A stretch of 64,000 nt of DNA from Rebecca billardiae RCC1528 (lineage: Eukaryota; Protista; Haptophyta), in the NCBI GenBank assembly GCA_965240325.2, contig OZ251248.1, positions 62,001 to 126,000 on the forward strand, written 5' to 3'. Shown here piece after piece: positions 39,221-48,674 of this stretch (its first letter is position 1; every line of letters starts with the position of its first letter). The position numbers and the translations under genes are program-made. The notes under the pieces are model-generated. The model worked only from the letters and a program-made list of their open reading frames with translations, made no database searches and was not told where the DNA came from.

Positions 39221-42056
39221 CGCCGCCACCGCCGCGAGCGCGCCGCTCCCGCCGCCGTCGATGCGCACGCCGACGGTGGGCGCGCGCGCGTGCGCGCGCG
39301 CGGCAGAGGTGCTTGATGCGCTGTCGTTGCGCGGGCGCATCCCGCCGCCGACGGCGCCGTCGGCGCAGAGCGCGGGCGGCGCGGCGCCCGCCGAGCCGTA
39401 CGCGCTGTGCGGCGGGCTGCTCCGCCTGCTCGCGGACGCGAGCGCGCGCCGCCGCTCGGCGGGCGCGCCGCCGACCGCGTACGACAGGCTGCTCCACGCC
39501 GAGGTGCGGCCGCGCGCGGCGCGCGGCGAGCGGCGCGCGGCGCGCGGCGCGCGCACGCGGCGGCCGGCCGCACGCGCGCGCGCGGCCGCACGCTCACCCG
39601 TACCCCTCCGCCCCGTGGCGCGCGCGCAGGTGCTCTCGGCGCACGCGGTGCTGTGCGGCGTGCACGCCGCGCTGCGGCCGCTCGCCCTCGTGCAGGCGGC
39701 GGCGGGCCCGCGCGCCGCCGCGCCGTCCGCGCGCGCCGGCGGCGGCGCGGGCGCGCCGGCCGCGGGCGCGCCGGGCGGCGCCGCCGGCGCGGCGAGCCCG
39801 CTGCCCGCCGCGGCGACCGCCGTGCTCACGCTCGCGACGCTGGGCACGGCGTACGAGCGCACGCTGCCCCCGCCGCCGCCGGGCGTGCGCCTCTCCTCCG
39901 CCGAGGAGGCCACCGCCACCGTCACCGCCCTCGCCGAGGGCTCGGTGCCCGCCTCGTGGCGAAAGCGCATGTGGGGCGTGCCGTGCGCGTTCGCGCCGCC
40001 CGAGCCCACCGCGCTCTCGGCGGCGGCGGCGCCGCCGCCGAGCGGCGCGGCGGCGCCGACGGCGGTGAGCGCGGCGGTGGAGGCGGACTCGGCGCTGGGC
40101 CACTGGCTGCTCGCCACCACGCGGCAGCTCGAGCAGGTGCGTGCGCTGCGCGTGCGCTGCGCGTGCGCCGTGCCTGCGCCCTGCGCTGCGCGTGCGCGCG
40201 CCGTGCGTGCGCTGTGTGTGCGCGCGCTGTGCACTGCGCCGTGCGTGCGCTGCGCGTGTGCCGTGCGCTGCGCCGTGCGCGCGCTGCGCGTGCGCTGAGC
40301 GCGCGCGCGAGCCGCCGCGTAGCCGAGGCGCACCGCCGGCGCGCCGCTCACCGCACGGTGCCGCCGCGCACCGCACCGCGCGCGCGCGCGCGCAGCTCGT
40401 CGTGTGGATCCAAGCGTGGGGCGGGCTCCTCGAGGGGCGCAGGCGGCGCGCGCCCGCGCCGCTGCCGCGGCTGCTGTGGCTGGGCGGGCTGCGCCACCCG
40501 CGCGCGCTGCTGGCCGCCCTGCACCAGCACGCGGCGGCGACGCACGGCTGGGCGCTGGGGTCTCTCGTGAGCTCGGCGCGGGTGTTGCCTGTCAGCGCGC
40601 GCCAGCTGCGCGCGTACGGCGGGTATCAGCCGCTCGGCGGCGGCGGCGGCGGCGCGGGCGCGGCCGCCGCGCCGCGCGCGGGCGCGGCCGGTGGCGCGGC
40701 GGGCGGCGCGGACGGCGGCGGCGCGGGCCACGCGGCCGCGCAGGGCGGCGGCGCGGGCTCGCGCGCGGACGCCGAGCGCGCGCCGCCGGTCGCGGGCTGC
40801 GGCGCGAGCGGCGGCGCCGGCTCGAGCGGCGGCGCCGGCGGCGCGGGCTCGGGCTCGGGCGGGCACGGCGCGCGCTCGCGCGGCGGCGGCGGGCGCGCGG
40901 CGGACCGGCGCGGCGGCGGCGCCACCGCCGCCGCCAGCGGCGGCGGCAGCGCGCGCGATGAGCTGATGTCAGGCCCCCACGCGTCGCACGGCGCGGCGGC
41001 GGCGCAGCCGGGCGGCGCGAGCGCAGGTGGCGGCGCGGACGCCGACGCGCCGCGCGGCGCCTCGCTCGCCGACGGCGCGGGCGCCCACGACGCGCACGGA
41101 CCCGAGCCGCCCTCGCCCGGCGGCGGCGGCGGCGCGGCGGCGGCCATTGTCGATCTGGAGTCGCCCGGACACGGTGCGTGGCGTGGCGCGCGGCGGCGGC
41201 GGCCGTGCGCGCGCGGACGGCGGCTGCCCGGGTCGAGCCGCGCATGTGGCCCCGCGCCCCTGCCCGCCCCTGCGCCCTCACCGCCCGTCCTCCTCCTCTG
41301 CCACGGCTACTACCCCTGCGCCCACCGCACGCCCCTGCGCGCGCAGGTGTGTACGTGTACGGCATCCGGCTGGCGGGCGCGCTCTGGCAGGCGACGCCGC
41401 CCGCGAGCGCGGCCGTGGCGCACCACGGCGGCGGCGCGCTCGCCGTCGGCGGCGGCGACGGCGGCACGGCGCTCGTGCAGCCCGGCCGGCACGCGCCTCC
41501 GGCCGGTGGCGCACCCGGCGGCGCGACGGGCGGCGGCGCCGGCGGCGGCGCGCCGCTCGCCGCCGCCGCCACCGCGCAGTTCAAGCCCCACGTTCTCGAG
41601 TCGGGGCTGCACGCGGGCGTGCCGGCGCCGGACGGCGAGCTGCCCGTGCTGTGGCTGGGCGCGGTGCCGCGCTCCTCGCTGCCGCCGCCGCCGCCGCCGC
41701 TCGGCGCGAGCGCCGCCGCGGCGGGCCCGGCGGCGGCCATGTCCCTCGGCGGCGTGGAGGCCTACAACGGCGGCGCCGCCGCCGCCGACGCGGCCGCGGC
41801 CGACGCGGCGGGCGGCGGCGGCGCGAGCATCACGGCGGTGCGGTACGAGCCGCCCGCCGCGTCGCTCGGCACGCACGGCGGCGTGCAGGCGCGCGACGCG
41901 CCGCTGCGCACGCACCCCGTCCCGGTCTACTCCGCGGCGGGGCGGCCCGACGTCGAGCCCGTGCTCACGATCAGCCTGCCCGTGCGCCGCGCGGCCGAGC
42001 TCACCGCGTGGGAGCTGCGCGCGCTCGGCGCGCACTTTGCGCCGCACCAGGCGTAG
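9164..42056 (+). CDS. Giant axonemal dynein heavy chain-like protein (outer-arm gamma/DNAH5-8-like tail), ~10,641 aa. Exons 9164-14392, 14671-15770, 15902-39503, 39630-40136, 40396-41173, 41347-42056
   Basis: DHC_N1: GPLVELEYWRRR, VTDAANEAKDNVKYL, SRHYNTTERL, PPVAGRVVWARQL. Linker: AMRPRHW, YLHAKRRVFPRL. AAA2: GEAGSGKT, EWADG, WLVLDGP, LGNGDRL. AAA3: GAPGLGK, IDDL. AAA4: HALLL...SGRRSLARLAAF. Stalk/MTBD: LKSPPEAVKLALEAV, LQPYLRHPDF. AAA5: WPLLLDPHG. AAA6: GEWLIV, PRFRLFL. C-terminal: LWLGGLRHPRALL, GVYVYG. Five GT-AG introns keep the frame; total CDS is 31,926 nt. The start codon is uncertain. Confidence 0.9.
14393..14670 (+). repeat. Dynein intron 1 rich in (GT)n/(GC)n alternating purine-pyrimidine repeats
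   Basis: GTGAGC donor and CCGCAG acceptor. Internal reiterated GTGTTGTCTCGTGTGTG and GTGTGCGCGCGTGCGTGTGCGCGCG blocks. Confidence 0.75.
16632..16667 (+). other. EF-hand Ca2+-binding loop within the dynein tail
   Basis: DRDHSGDVTFAE matches D-x-D-x-S-G-x-V-x-x-x-E. It is followed by FL and preceded by a plausible helix (IERRLGAALARS). Confidence 0.7.
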
Positions 42057-42310
42057 CCGCCCGCCCGCGCCACGGCGCTGATGCGTGGGATGAACCGCAG
42101 CAGCTAGCCGATACAGGAGCCGACGTCGGCGCGTCGATGCTGGTGATGAGGCGCGCACGGCGACGATTCGATGCTGCTGATGGCGCGGATTAGCGAGCAG
42201 CAGCAGGCCGCAGCAGCCGAGCATCAGCGCCGGCCGCGCACGACGACAATCCGAATATGATACGACGACGCGACCTAGCAGCTACACTAAGCTATGACTA
42301 AGATCGATGA

Positions 42311-44402
42311 TGGTTGTATAACCGCTCGGTTATGCGGGTATAACTCACCGGTAGCCCTCATGAGGGCGGGCTGGCAGCCAGGGTCCGGCTGCCTGGAGGT
42401 TTTCCGGTCGTCAAGCCGAGCCAGGCCCGGATTGGGCGCGGGCCTGGATTGGCTCAGCAGCTTGGCAAGCGATGCGCGTCTGGGTGCGGCCGCGCTCGCT
42501 GGCTGCACCCGCGGCGCGGCGGCCGGCGTGGCTGCTCTGGTCACCGCTGCGCTGGTGGCTGCTCCTCCTCTGGGAGTTGTTTCTTCCAGGTGCGTGTGCG
42601 TCGGCGGTAGGCCGCCCTCAGCCCTCGCTCTCTCCACTCGTGCACCTGCCCTGCTTGCTGCCAACGCGCGATCGGGCTGGGCTGTCTGTCGCTTCTGCTC
42701 GCTGCGAGGGCACCTCGGACCCCTCCGGGTGCTCTCTGCTTTCGATGGGGGCGCCTCGGAACCGCTTCGAGGCGTCCCCGTCTGCAATCTATCTTCTCAT
42801 GCTCTGCTTTCGATGGGGGCGCCTCGGAGCCGCTTCGAGGCGTCCCCGTCTGCAATCTTCTCATGCTCTATCTGCTTTCGATGGGGGCGCCTCGGAGCCG
42901 CTTCGAGGCGTCCCCGTCTGCAATCTATCTTCTCATGCTCTGCTTTCGATGGGGGCGCCTCGGAACCGCTTCGAGGCGTCCCCGTCTGCAATCTTCTCAT
43001 GCTCTGCTTTCGATGGGGGCGCCTCGGAACCGCTTCGAGGCGTCCCCGTCTGCAATCTTCTCATGCTCTGCTTTCGATGGGGGCGCCTGGGAACCGCTCC
43101 CAGGCGTCCCCGTCTGCAATCTTCTCACGCTTCGCAGTCTCGCTTGCCTTCATCGCCTGGCGGGTGGGTGCTGCTCTCTCCTTCTCTGCCGCCTCCTCTG
43201 CAGTCTGCCGTGCACTGCTGTGTGTGGGATGCGACCTGCTACCTTATCTGACGCTACGCGTGCGTGTCTCGCGCCTGCTTCCCGCCTGCGCCGCCGCCGC
43301 CGCGCATGTCTTCGTGCCCACTGTCTCATGCCGTCTGGATCGTCCTTACTCATACAACCCTGCGGGGAGCCCCTCTGGGCCTCTGCCGCCTTCGGTCCTC
43401 GCGCTACTCCTTCGGCGGCCTCGGCCTCTTCGGGCCCCCGGCCACCACCCCTGCGGGGTGTGGCATTCCACACCTCCTTCGAGGCCTCTGCCTCCTGCGG
43501 CGCCGCGCTCTGCCCAAACTTGCGTTGGGGGGGGGGCGTCGGCTGCCAGCGCCTGCGGTCTACGTGCTCCATCGAGTACTTCCTCTTCGGCGTCTAGGCG
43601 GTCATCGGCTTCTGTCGGCGTAGTTGCTCGAATGCATCGGCGAGTCCTTCCTGGTCGGCGTCGCATCCTGGACGGCTTCGGGGGTGTGACCTAGTCACCT
43701 CACGCGTTTATCAACGCGGCCCCCACCTCAATCTACTCTCATGTGGGTCTACCGAGTGAGTTATGGTTGTATAACCGCTCGGTTATGCGGGTATAACTCA
43801 CCGGTAGCCCTCATGAGGGCGGGCTGGCAGCCAGGGTCCGGCTGCCTGGAGGTTTTCCGGTCGTCAAGCCGAGCCAGGCCCGGATTGGGCGCGGGCCTGG
43901 ATTGGCTCAGCAGCTTGGCAAGCGATGCGCGTCTGGGTGCGGCCGCGCTCGCTGGCTGCACCCGCGGCGCGGCGGCCGGCGTGGCTGCTCTGGTCACCGC
44001 TGCGCTGGTGGCTGCTCCTCCTCTGGGAGTTGTTTCTCCCTGCCCTCCCACCCTGCTGGTTGCTGGGTGGGCATGGCCTTGGGTGCGCGCGGTGTCGGGG
44101 GGGTGGAGGCCCTCGAGGCCTCTGCCTCCTGCGGCGCCGCGCTCTGCCCAAACTTGCGTTGGGGGGGGGCGTCGGCTGCCAGCGCCTGCGGTCTACGTGC
44201 TCCATCGAGTACTTCCTCTTCGGCGTCTAGGCGGTCATCGGCTTCTGTCGGCGTAGTTGCTCGAATGCATCGGCGAGTCCTTCCTGGTCGGCGTCGCATC
44301 CTGGACGGCTTCGGGGGTGTGACCTAGTCACCTCACGCGTTTATCAACGCGGCCCCCACCTCAATCTACTGATACTCTCATGTGGGTCTACCGAGTGAGT
44401 TA
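42311..44402. mobile_element. Non-autonomous element with split direct repeats (A1 42311-42584, internal, B1 43479-43763, A2 43764-44037, 75-bp spacer, B2 44113-44402). TOC1/PAT-like (DIRS order) architecture
   Basis: A1 and A2 are both 274 bp and appear identical. B1 and B2 differ by small indels. No TSD: the flanks GATGA and TACAG join at an A|T. GC is lower than in the host genes, there is an internal tandem array, and no RT or recombinase ORF is recognisable. Confidence 0.75.
42736..43131 (+). repeat. Tandem array of six 64/68-bp hairpin units
   Basis: Units start at 42736, 42804, 42872, 42940, 43004 and 43068. Each holds the 17-bp stem GATGGGGGCGCCTCGGA / TTCGAGGCGTCCCCGTC with a 5-nt loop. 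Confidence 0.92.
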
Positions 44403-44618
44403 TACAGTCGTCGATCGTACTCGTTCACGTTGCATCGCGCATCAAGCAGCTCATCTCTGCGAGCGCAGTAGGCGTAACGCTCCGCGCCGGTTCGCGGAGG
44501 GACGGCAGGTGGCGGGCGGCTGGGCGCAGCGGCGGCGGCTCGCGTGGCGGTTGGCTGATCGACCACGTTCGCCATCAGCTGCGCGTTGCGTCCAGGCAGT
44601 TGGCAGGCAGCAGCCGCC

Positions 44619-45509
44619 ATGGTCGCTGGCTCGGGTGCGCCGCTCGGCGCCGCGCTCGGCGCGGCGCTCGTCGCGGCGGCGGCGTACGCGGTGTGGCGCC
44701 GCACGCGGCGCCGGCCGACCGTGGTGCTCTTCGACGTCGACGGCACCCTCGCCGTCCCCGCGCAGAAGGCGCCCGACGCCATCGTGGAGATGCTCGCCGA
44801 GCTGCGCGCGCGCGATGGCTTCCTGGTCGGCATCATCGGCGCGGGCGACTTCGAGAAGCAGCAGGGGCAGCTGGGCGGGCCCGGGCTGCTGCGCCGGCTG
44901 GACTTTGTGTTCTCCGAGAACGGCGTCCACGCCTTCCGCGGCGAGCGCCTGCTCCACTGCAAGTCGATCGTCGAGCAGCTCGGCGCGGCGCGGTGGGCGG
45001 AGTTTGAGGCCGAGCTGGACGCGCTGCTCGCGCGCGTGGCGCCCGAGGCGGAGGCGCTGCTCAAGCAGGCGGCGGGGCCGGGCGCGTCGCTCGGTGCGCG
45101 CGGCACCTTCCTCGAGAAGCGCATGTGCACGTGCAACATCTGCGTCATCGGCCGCACGCCCACGCTCAGCAAGGCGGAGCGCGCCGCGTTCGAGGTGGCC
45201 GACCGCGCCGCCGGGCTGCGCGCGCGCGTGCTCGCCGAGCTCGTCGCGCGCTTCGGCCCGGGGACGGCGTACGGGCTGTCCTTCTCGATCGGCGGGCAGA
45301 TCGGCATCGACTGCGCGCCCGTCGGCTGGGACAAGACCTTCTGCCTCCGCTTCCTCCCGCCCGCCCAGTACCCGACCATCCACTTCTTCGGCGACAAGAC
45401 CGCGCCGGGCGGCGGCGACTACGAGCTGTACGAGCACGCGCGCACGATCGGGCACGCGGTGGAGGACGCGGCGCACACGCTGCGCGAGGTAAAGCGGATA
45501 TTCGGCTGA
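44619..45509 (+). CDS. PMM: Phosphomannomutase-like HAD-IIB enzyme (PMM/Sec53 family) with an N-terminal hydrophobic segment, intronless
   Basis: Motifs LFDVDGTL, DFVFSENG, IGR, FSIGGQI, GWDKTFCL, IHFFGDKT..GG.DYE. Likely ATG at 44619 (GCCGCCATGG context). Confidence 0.9.
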   Translation: MVAGSGAPLGAALGAALVAAAAYAVWRRTRRRPTVVLFDVDGTLAVPAQKAPDAIVEMLAELRARDGFLVGIIGAGDFEKQQGQLGGPGLLRRLDFVFSENGVHAFRGERLLHCKSIVEQLGAARWAEFEAELDALLARVAPEAEALLKQAAGPGASLGARGTFLEKRMCTCNICVIGRTPTLSKAERAAFEVADRAAGLRARVLAELVARFGPGTAYGLSFSIGGQIGIDCAPVGWDKTFCLRFLPPAQYPTIHFFGDKTAPGGGDYELYEHARTIGHAVEDAAHTLREVKRIFG

Positions 45510-45838
45510 GCGCCCGGGCCGCGGGCGAGCGCGGCGTGGCGCTCGCCGTGGAGCCGCCGCCTCGCCACTTCCGGGGGCCTCGGCAGTAGCATCCGCCAGT
45601 AGCGAGCAGCAGCCAGCACAGCGGTCGAGCGGACGGCTCGGACGCTCCAGCTCATCAGACAGATCCGAGTGAGTGGCTGAGTGCGCCTTAGTTCGTCATC
45701 ATGTTACTTGTAGTCAGTATCAGATGATGCTATATAGCAGCAGCTGACAGATGATACGACGACGTCATAGGAGACTCAGACTGGCTCACTGCGTTCGACC
45801 GGGGCCGTCTACACGTGGCTCGACCGGCAGACGGGCAG

Positions 45839-47221
45839 TCACGCCTCGCCCTCGACGAGCAGCCGGCCATCCTCGATGTCGACGGTGATGCGCGCGGCGC
45901 GCAGCCGGTCCAGTCGCTGCCTGCGCGCGCTGCCGCCGCCGCGCGTCTCGGCGGCTCCCACGCCGCGCTCGGCGCTGCGCGGGCGCGGCCCGCCGCCGCC
46001 CGCGGCGCCCTCCACCACGCCAGAGAGCATCGCCTGCCCCAGGACGACAAAGTGCGGCGGCGGCGCCGCCGAGCCGCGCGGCGCGGCCGCCCGCGGCGCC
46101 GGCAGCCGCCCCGGCCAGGGCCTCTCTGCCGCGGGGCGCGCGGGCGGTGCGGGCTGCTGGGCCGGCGGCGCGGCGGGATCGTCGGCAGCGCCGCCGCCGC
46201 CGAAGAGCGCGGCGCTCTCGACCTCCGCGACGTACAGCTGGCCAATCGCCACGGCGGGGGCGCCGTCAAAGGTGCGCACGGCGCCGCGCTCTGTTGGCAC
46301 TGCCACCGTGAGCCCCTGCCAGCTCTCGGCCGGCCGCAGCCGGCGCCCGGCGCGCCGGCGCTGCCGCGCCGCCTCGGCGACGAGCTCGGAGGAGACGAGG
46401 GCGGAGGAGCAGCCGGAGTCGAAGATGGCGACCACGGGGCGCGAGAGCGCGTCCAGCTCCACGCGCGCGCCGTCCAGCCACAGGTCGCTCACCCGCGCCG
46501 CGTAGTGCGCGACAGGCGAGCCGAACGGTCGGAGGTCGACCAATGGGATCGCGCCGTCCGCCGAGCGGCTGATCAGCGGCGCCGCGGAGAGGGTGAGGGC
46601 GCGCGCGCCGCCGTCGAGGCAGAAGGCGACGACGCGCGCGCCGGACCCACCGCCCGCCCCGCGCCGCGCCGCGCCACGCGGCGCCGCGGCCGGCGCCAGC
46701 CGCAGCTGCTGCAGCAGAGCCGGATGCGCCGCGTCATCCGTCCGGCCGATCAGCCCCGCGAAGAAGCCGCCACCCGCGCGCTCGAGGACGAGGTCGGGCG
46801 CGCCGACGAGCACGGCCGTGCCGAGCTCCGCGCCGCCCGCCGCCACGGACACGCGCGACGCCGTGCGCCACGCCATCTCGCCGCTCAGCCCACCGTATGT
46901 CTCGCGGGTGCGCGGCAGGCCGCGCGCGGGCGGCAGCGCGTCCGCGCAGCCGTACGGCGCGGGCGGCGAGCAGAGGACGCCGGTGGGCACGGTGAGGAAG
47001 GGCGAGCCCGTGTCGACGATGGCCTGCACGCGCGAGCGCGCGCCGCCGCCGCGCAGCTCGAGCTCGGCGCACAGCGTGCCCACGCCGCACGCGCTGAGAG
47101 GCACGCGCACGCTCGCAGCGGCCGGGGCGGGCTCCACCGGCCCGGCGCGCGGCGTGCCCAGCGTGGCGAGCGCCGTCGTGAGCACGCGGAAGAGCTCGCG
47201 GCGGGTGCCAGCCGGCCGCAT
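45839..47221 (-). CDS. Pepsin-like (A1) aspartic protease, intronless
   Basis: Two catalytic motifs, AIVDTGS and AIFDSGCS, plus a flap-like ETYGG, a GLIG motif and a C-terminal VVLG. The N-terminal segment could be a targeting peptide. Confidence 0.8.
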   Translation of the reverse strand: MRPAGTRRELFRVLTTALATLGTPRAGPVEPAPAAASVRVPLSACGVGTLCAELELRGGGARSRVQAIVDTGSPFLTVPTGVLCSPPAPYGCADALPPARGLPRTRETYGGLSGEMAWRTASRVSVAAGGAELGTAVLVGAPDLVLERAGGGFFAGLIGRTDDAAHPALLQQLRLAPAAAPRGAARRGAGGGSGARVVAFCLDGGARALTLSAAPLISRSADGAIPLVDLRPFGSPVAHYAARVSDLWLDGARVELDALSRPVVAIFDSGCSSALVSSELVAEAARQRRRAGRRLRPAESWQGLTVAVPTERGAVRTFDGAPAVAIGQLYVAEVESAALFGGGGAADDPAAPPAQQPAPPARPAAERPWPGRLPAPRAAAPRGSAAPPPHFVVLGQAMLSGVVEGAAGGGGPRPRSAERGVGAAETRGGGSARRQRLDRLRAARITVDIEDGRLLVEGEA

Positions 47222-48444
47222 GGTCGCCCAGCGGGTCGGGGCCGTCGGCGGCGTCGCTCCGGCCGGGCTTTATTTTTCCGCGGGGGGGGCACGTCCGTTT
47301 CGACGGGACGGCCGCCCCCGCGGCTTTGCGTAGCATCAAGGAGAGTCCGGAAAATGGAATCCGGGGACGCTCTTCAACTCGCGGGGGGCCCTGTTTGACG
47401 GCCGCGCCGAGCACCCGAGCGTCTCGACCCGCGCCTCGTGTGTCACCTCGCATTTGGCGGGGCGCGCGCGGAGCGCGCCGCGAGTGGGCGCGTCGGCCCG
47501 TACGCTCGGAGCCCCGGGGGACTTTCGCCCGAGCGCGCCGCGCCGCGCCCGTCGCGCCGCGCTGCGTCGTGCGCCGTGCACACGTTCGGCTCGGCTCGGG
47601 TGCCGAGCGCCGTCGACGAGCGGGAAGAGCTCCAGGGGCGGGTGCGCTGGCGCGGGCGGGGTGTGGAGGCACGATGTGGGAGTCTACCTCTCGTACCGGG
47701 CGCGCGCGCCCGCTCGGCGCCGTCGCTTCGCGCGGCCGTAGGCGTCCAAGCGTCGATGGTTTGGCCTCGAGAACCGCTAGAAGGGGGGCTGCCTGCCGCA
47801 AGCGACGCGGGTAACGATTGACGAGACCGAGCACGCATCTGACGAGACCGAATACGCACCAGGCGGCACGCGCAACGGCCCAGCACATTGAACATGGAGG
47901 CTCGATGGCCGCGCGCCGCGCGCTCATCAGGCGGGGCGCGCGCACGGAGTCCGCCGCGCGTGGGGGCCTCAGGCCCCCGGGAGAAGCAAGCGCGGCATCG
48001 CCGCGCCGTGCCCGCGCCACGGCATACGTCCAACGACCCAGGTGCGACCGCGCACGCTGCGCGCTATGCGGCACTCTGGGGCGGATGGTCATGGTGCGCG
48101 CGCCGCGCGCGGGGGCTGCATGTGGAGGCGGGCGGTGGTTGTCCGGCTCGCTCGCCGCGCGCGCGCGTCGCCCTGCGTTACGCTATGAACTCTTTGTGCG
48201 CGCACGGTGCGGATGCTGCACGAGTAAGCCACGGTGCTTAGTGTCACGGTCACTTGGTCCGCACTCACTCCACTGTCTCGCCGCGCCAGCACGTTGCGGC
48301 TGCAGCAGCCGCAGCTCACGGGACCAATGATGCCAGGTGTCAAATCTGAATCGGCAGGGAAGCGGAAGGAGCGCGCCACCTAGCGTGCGGCTCGTGCTGG
48401 AGGGCGGCCCGGTCGGACGCACTACTCTGTACAGACGCCCGTTA

Positions 48445-48674
48445 CGGCCGTGCTGGTGAGGGGGCCGTAGGTGGTCAGGTGCCGTGACCACTCAGTCACA
48501 GGTCTGGCCAGGCTTCAGCGCCGCACGATGACCCCGGCTGGTCGTCATCGGCCGTGCTGGTGAGGCGGGCCGTACGGGTGGTCAGGTGCAGTGACCACTC
48601 AGTCACTGCCAGTCACAGGTCTGGCCAGGCTTCACTCGCCTTCAGCGCCGCACGATGACCCCGGCTGGTCGTCA
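48445..48674. repeat. Imperfect tandem duplication (103-bp and 126-bp copies)
   Basis: CGGCCGTGCTGGTGAGG...GATGACCCCGGCTGGTCGTCA at 48445-48547 and 48549-48674. The second copy has short insertions. Confidence 0.85.

Noticed and set aside
15528-39597. Many long antisense and off-frame Arg/Ala/Pro-rich ORFs
   Set aside because: These are shadow frames of the dynein gene caused by stop-codon scarcity at very high GC. They contain no recognisable motifs.
42736-43131. CRISPR array
   Set aside because: The palindromic units are separated by near-identical linkers rather than unique spacers, no cas genes are present, and the context is eukaryotic.
42294-43694. 466-aa ORF as a transposase or gag protein
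   Set aside because: It translates the repeats and the tandem array. No RT, recombinase, HUH or DDE motifs were seen.
42311-44405. Classical LTR retrotransposon or TIR DNA transposon (TGTATAAC...GTTATACA ends)
   Set aside because: The internal B-A junction shows that the repeat ends at GAGTTA and starts at TGGTTG. There is no TSD, and the repeat order is split rather than terminal.
48445-48674. Hammerhead ribozyme dimer
   Set aside because: CTGGTGAG only resembles CUGAUGA, and no GAAA core follows a stem II.
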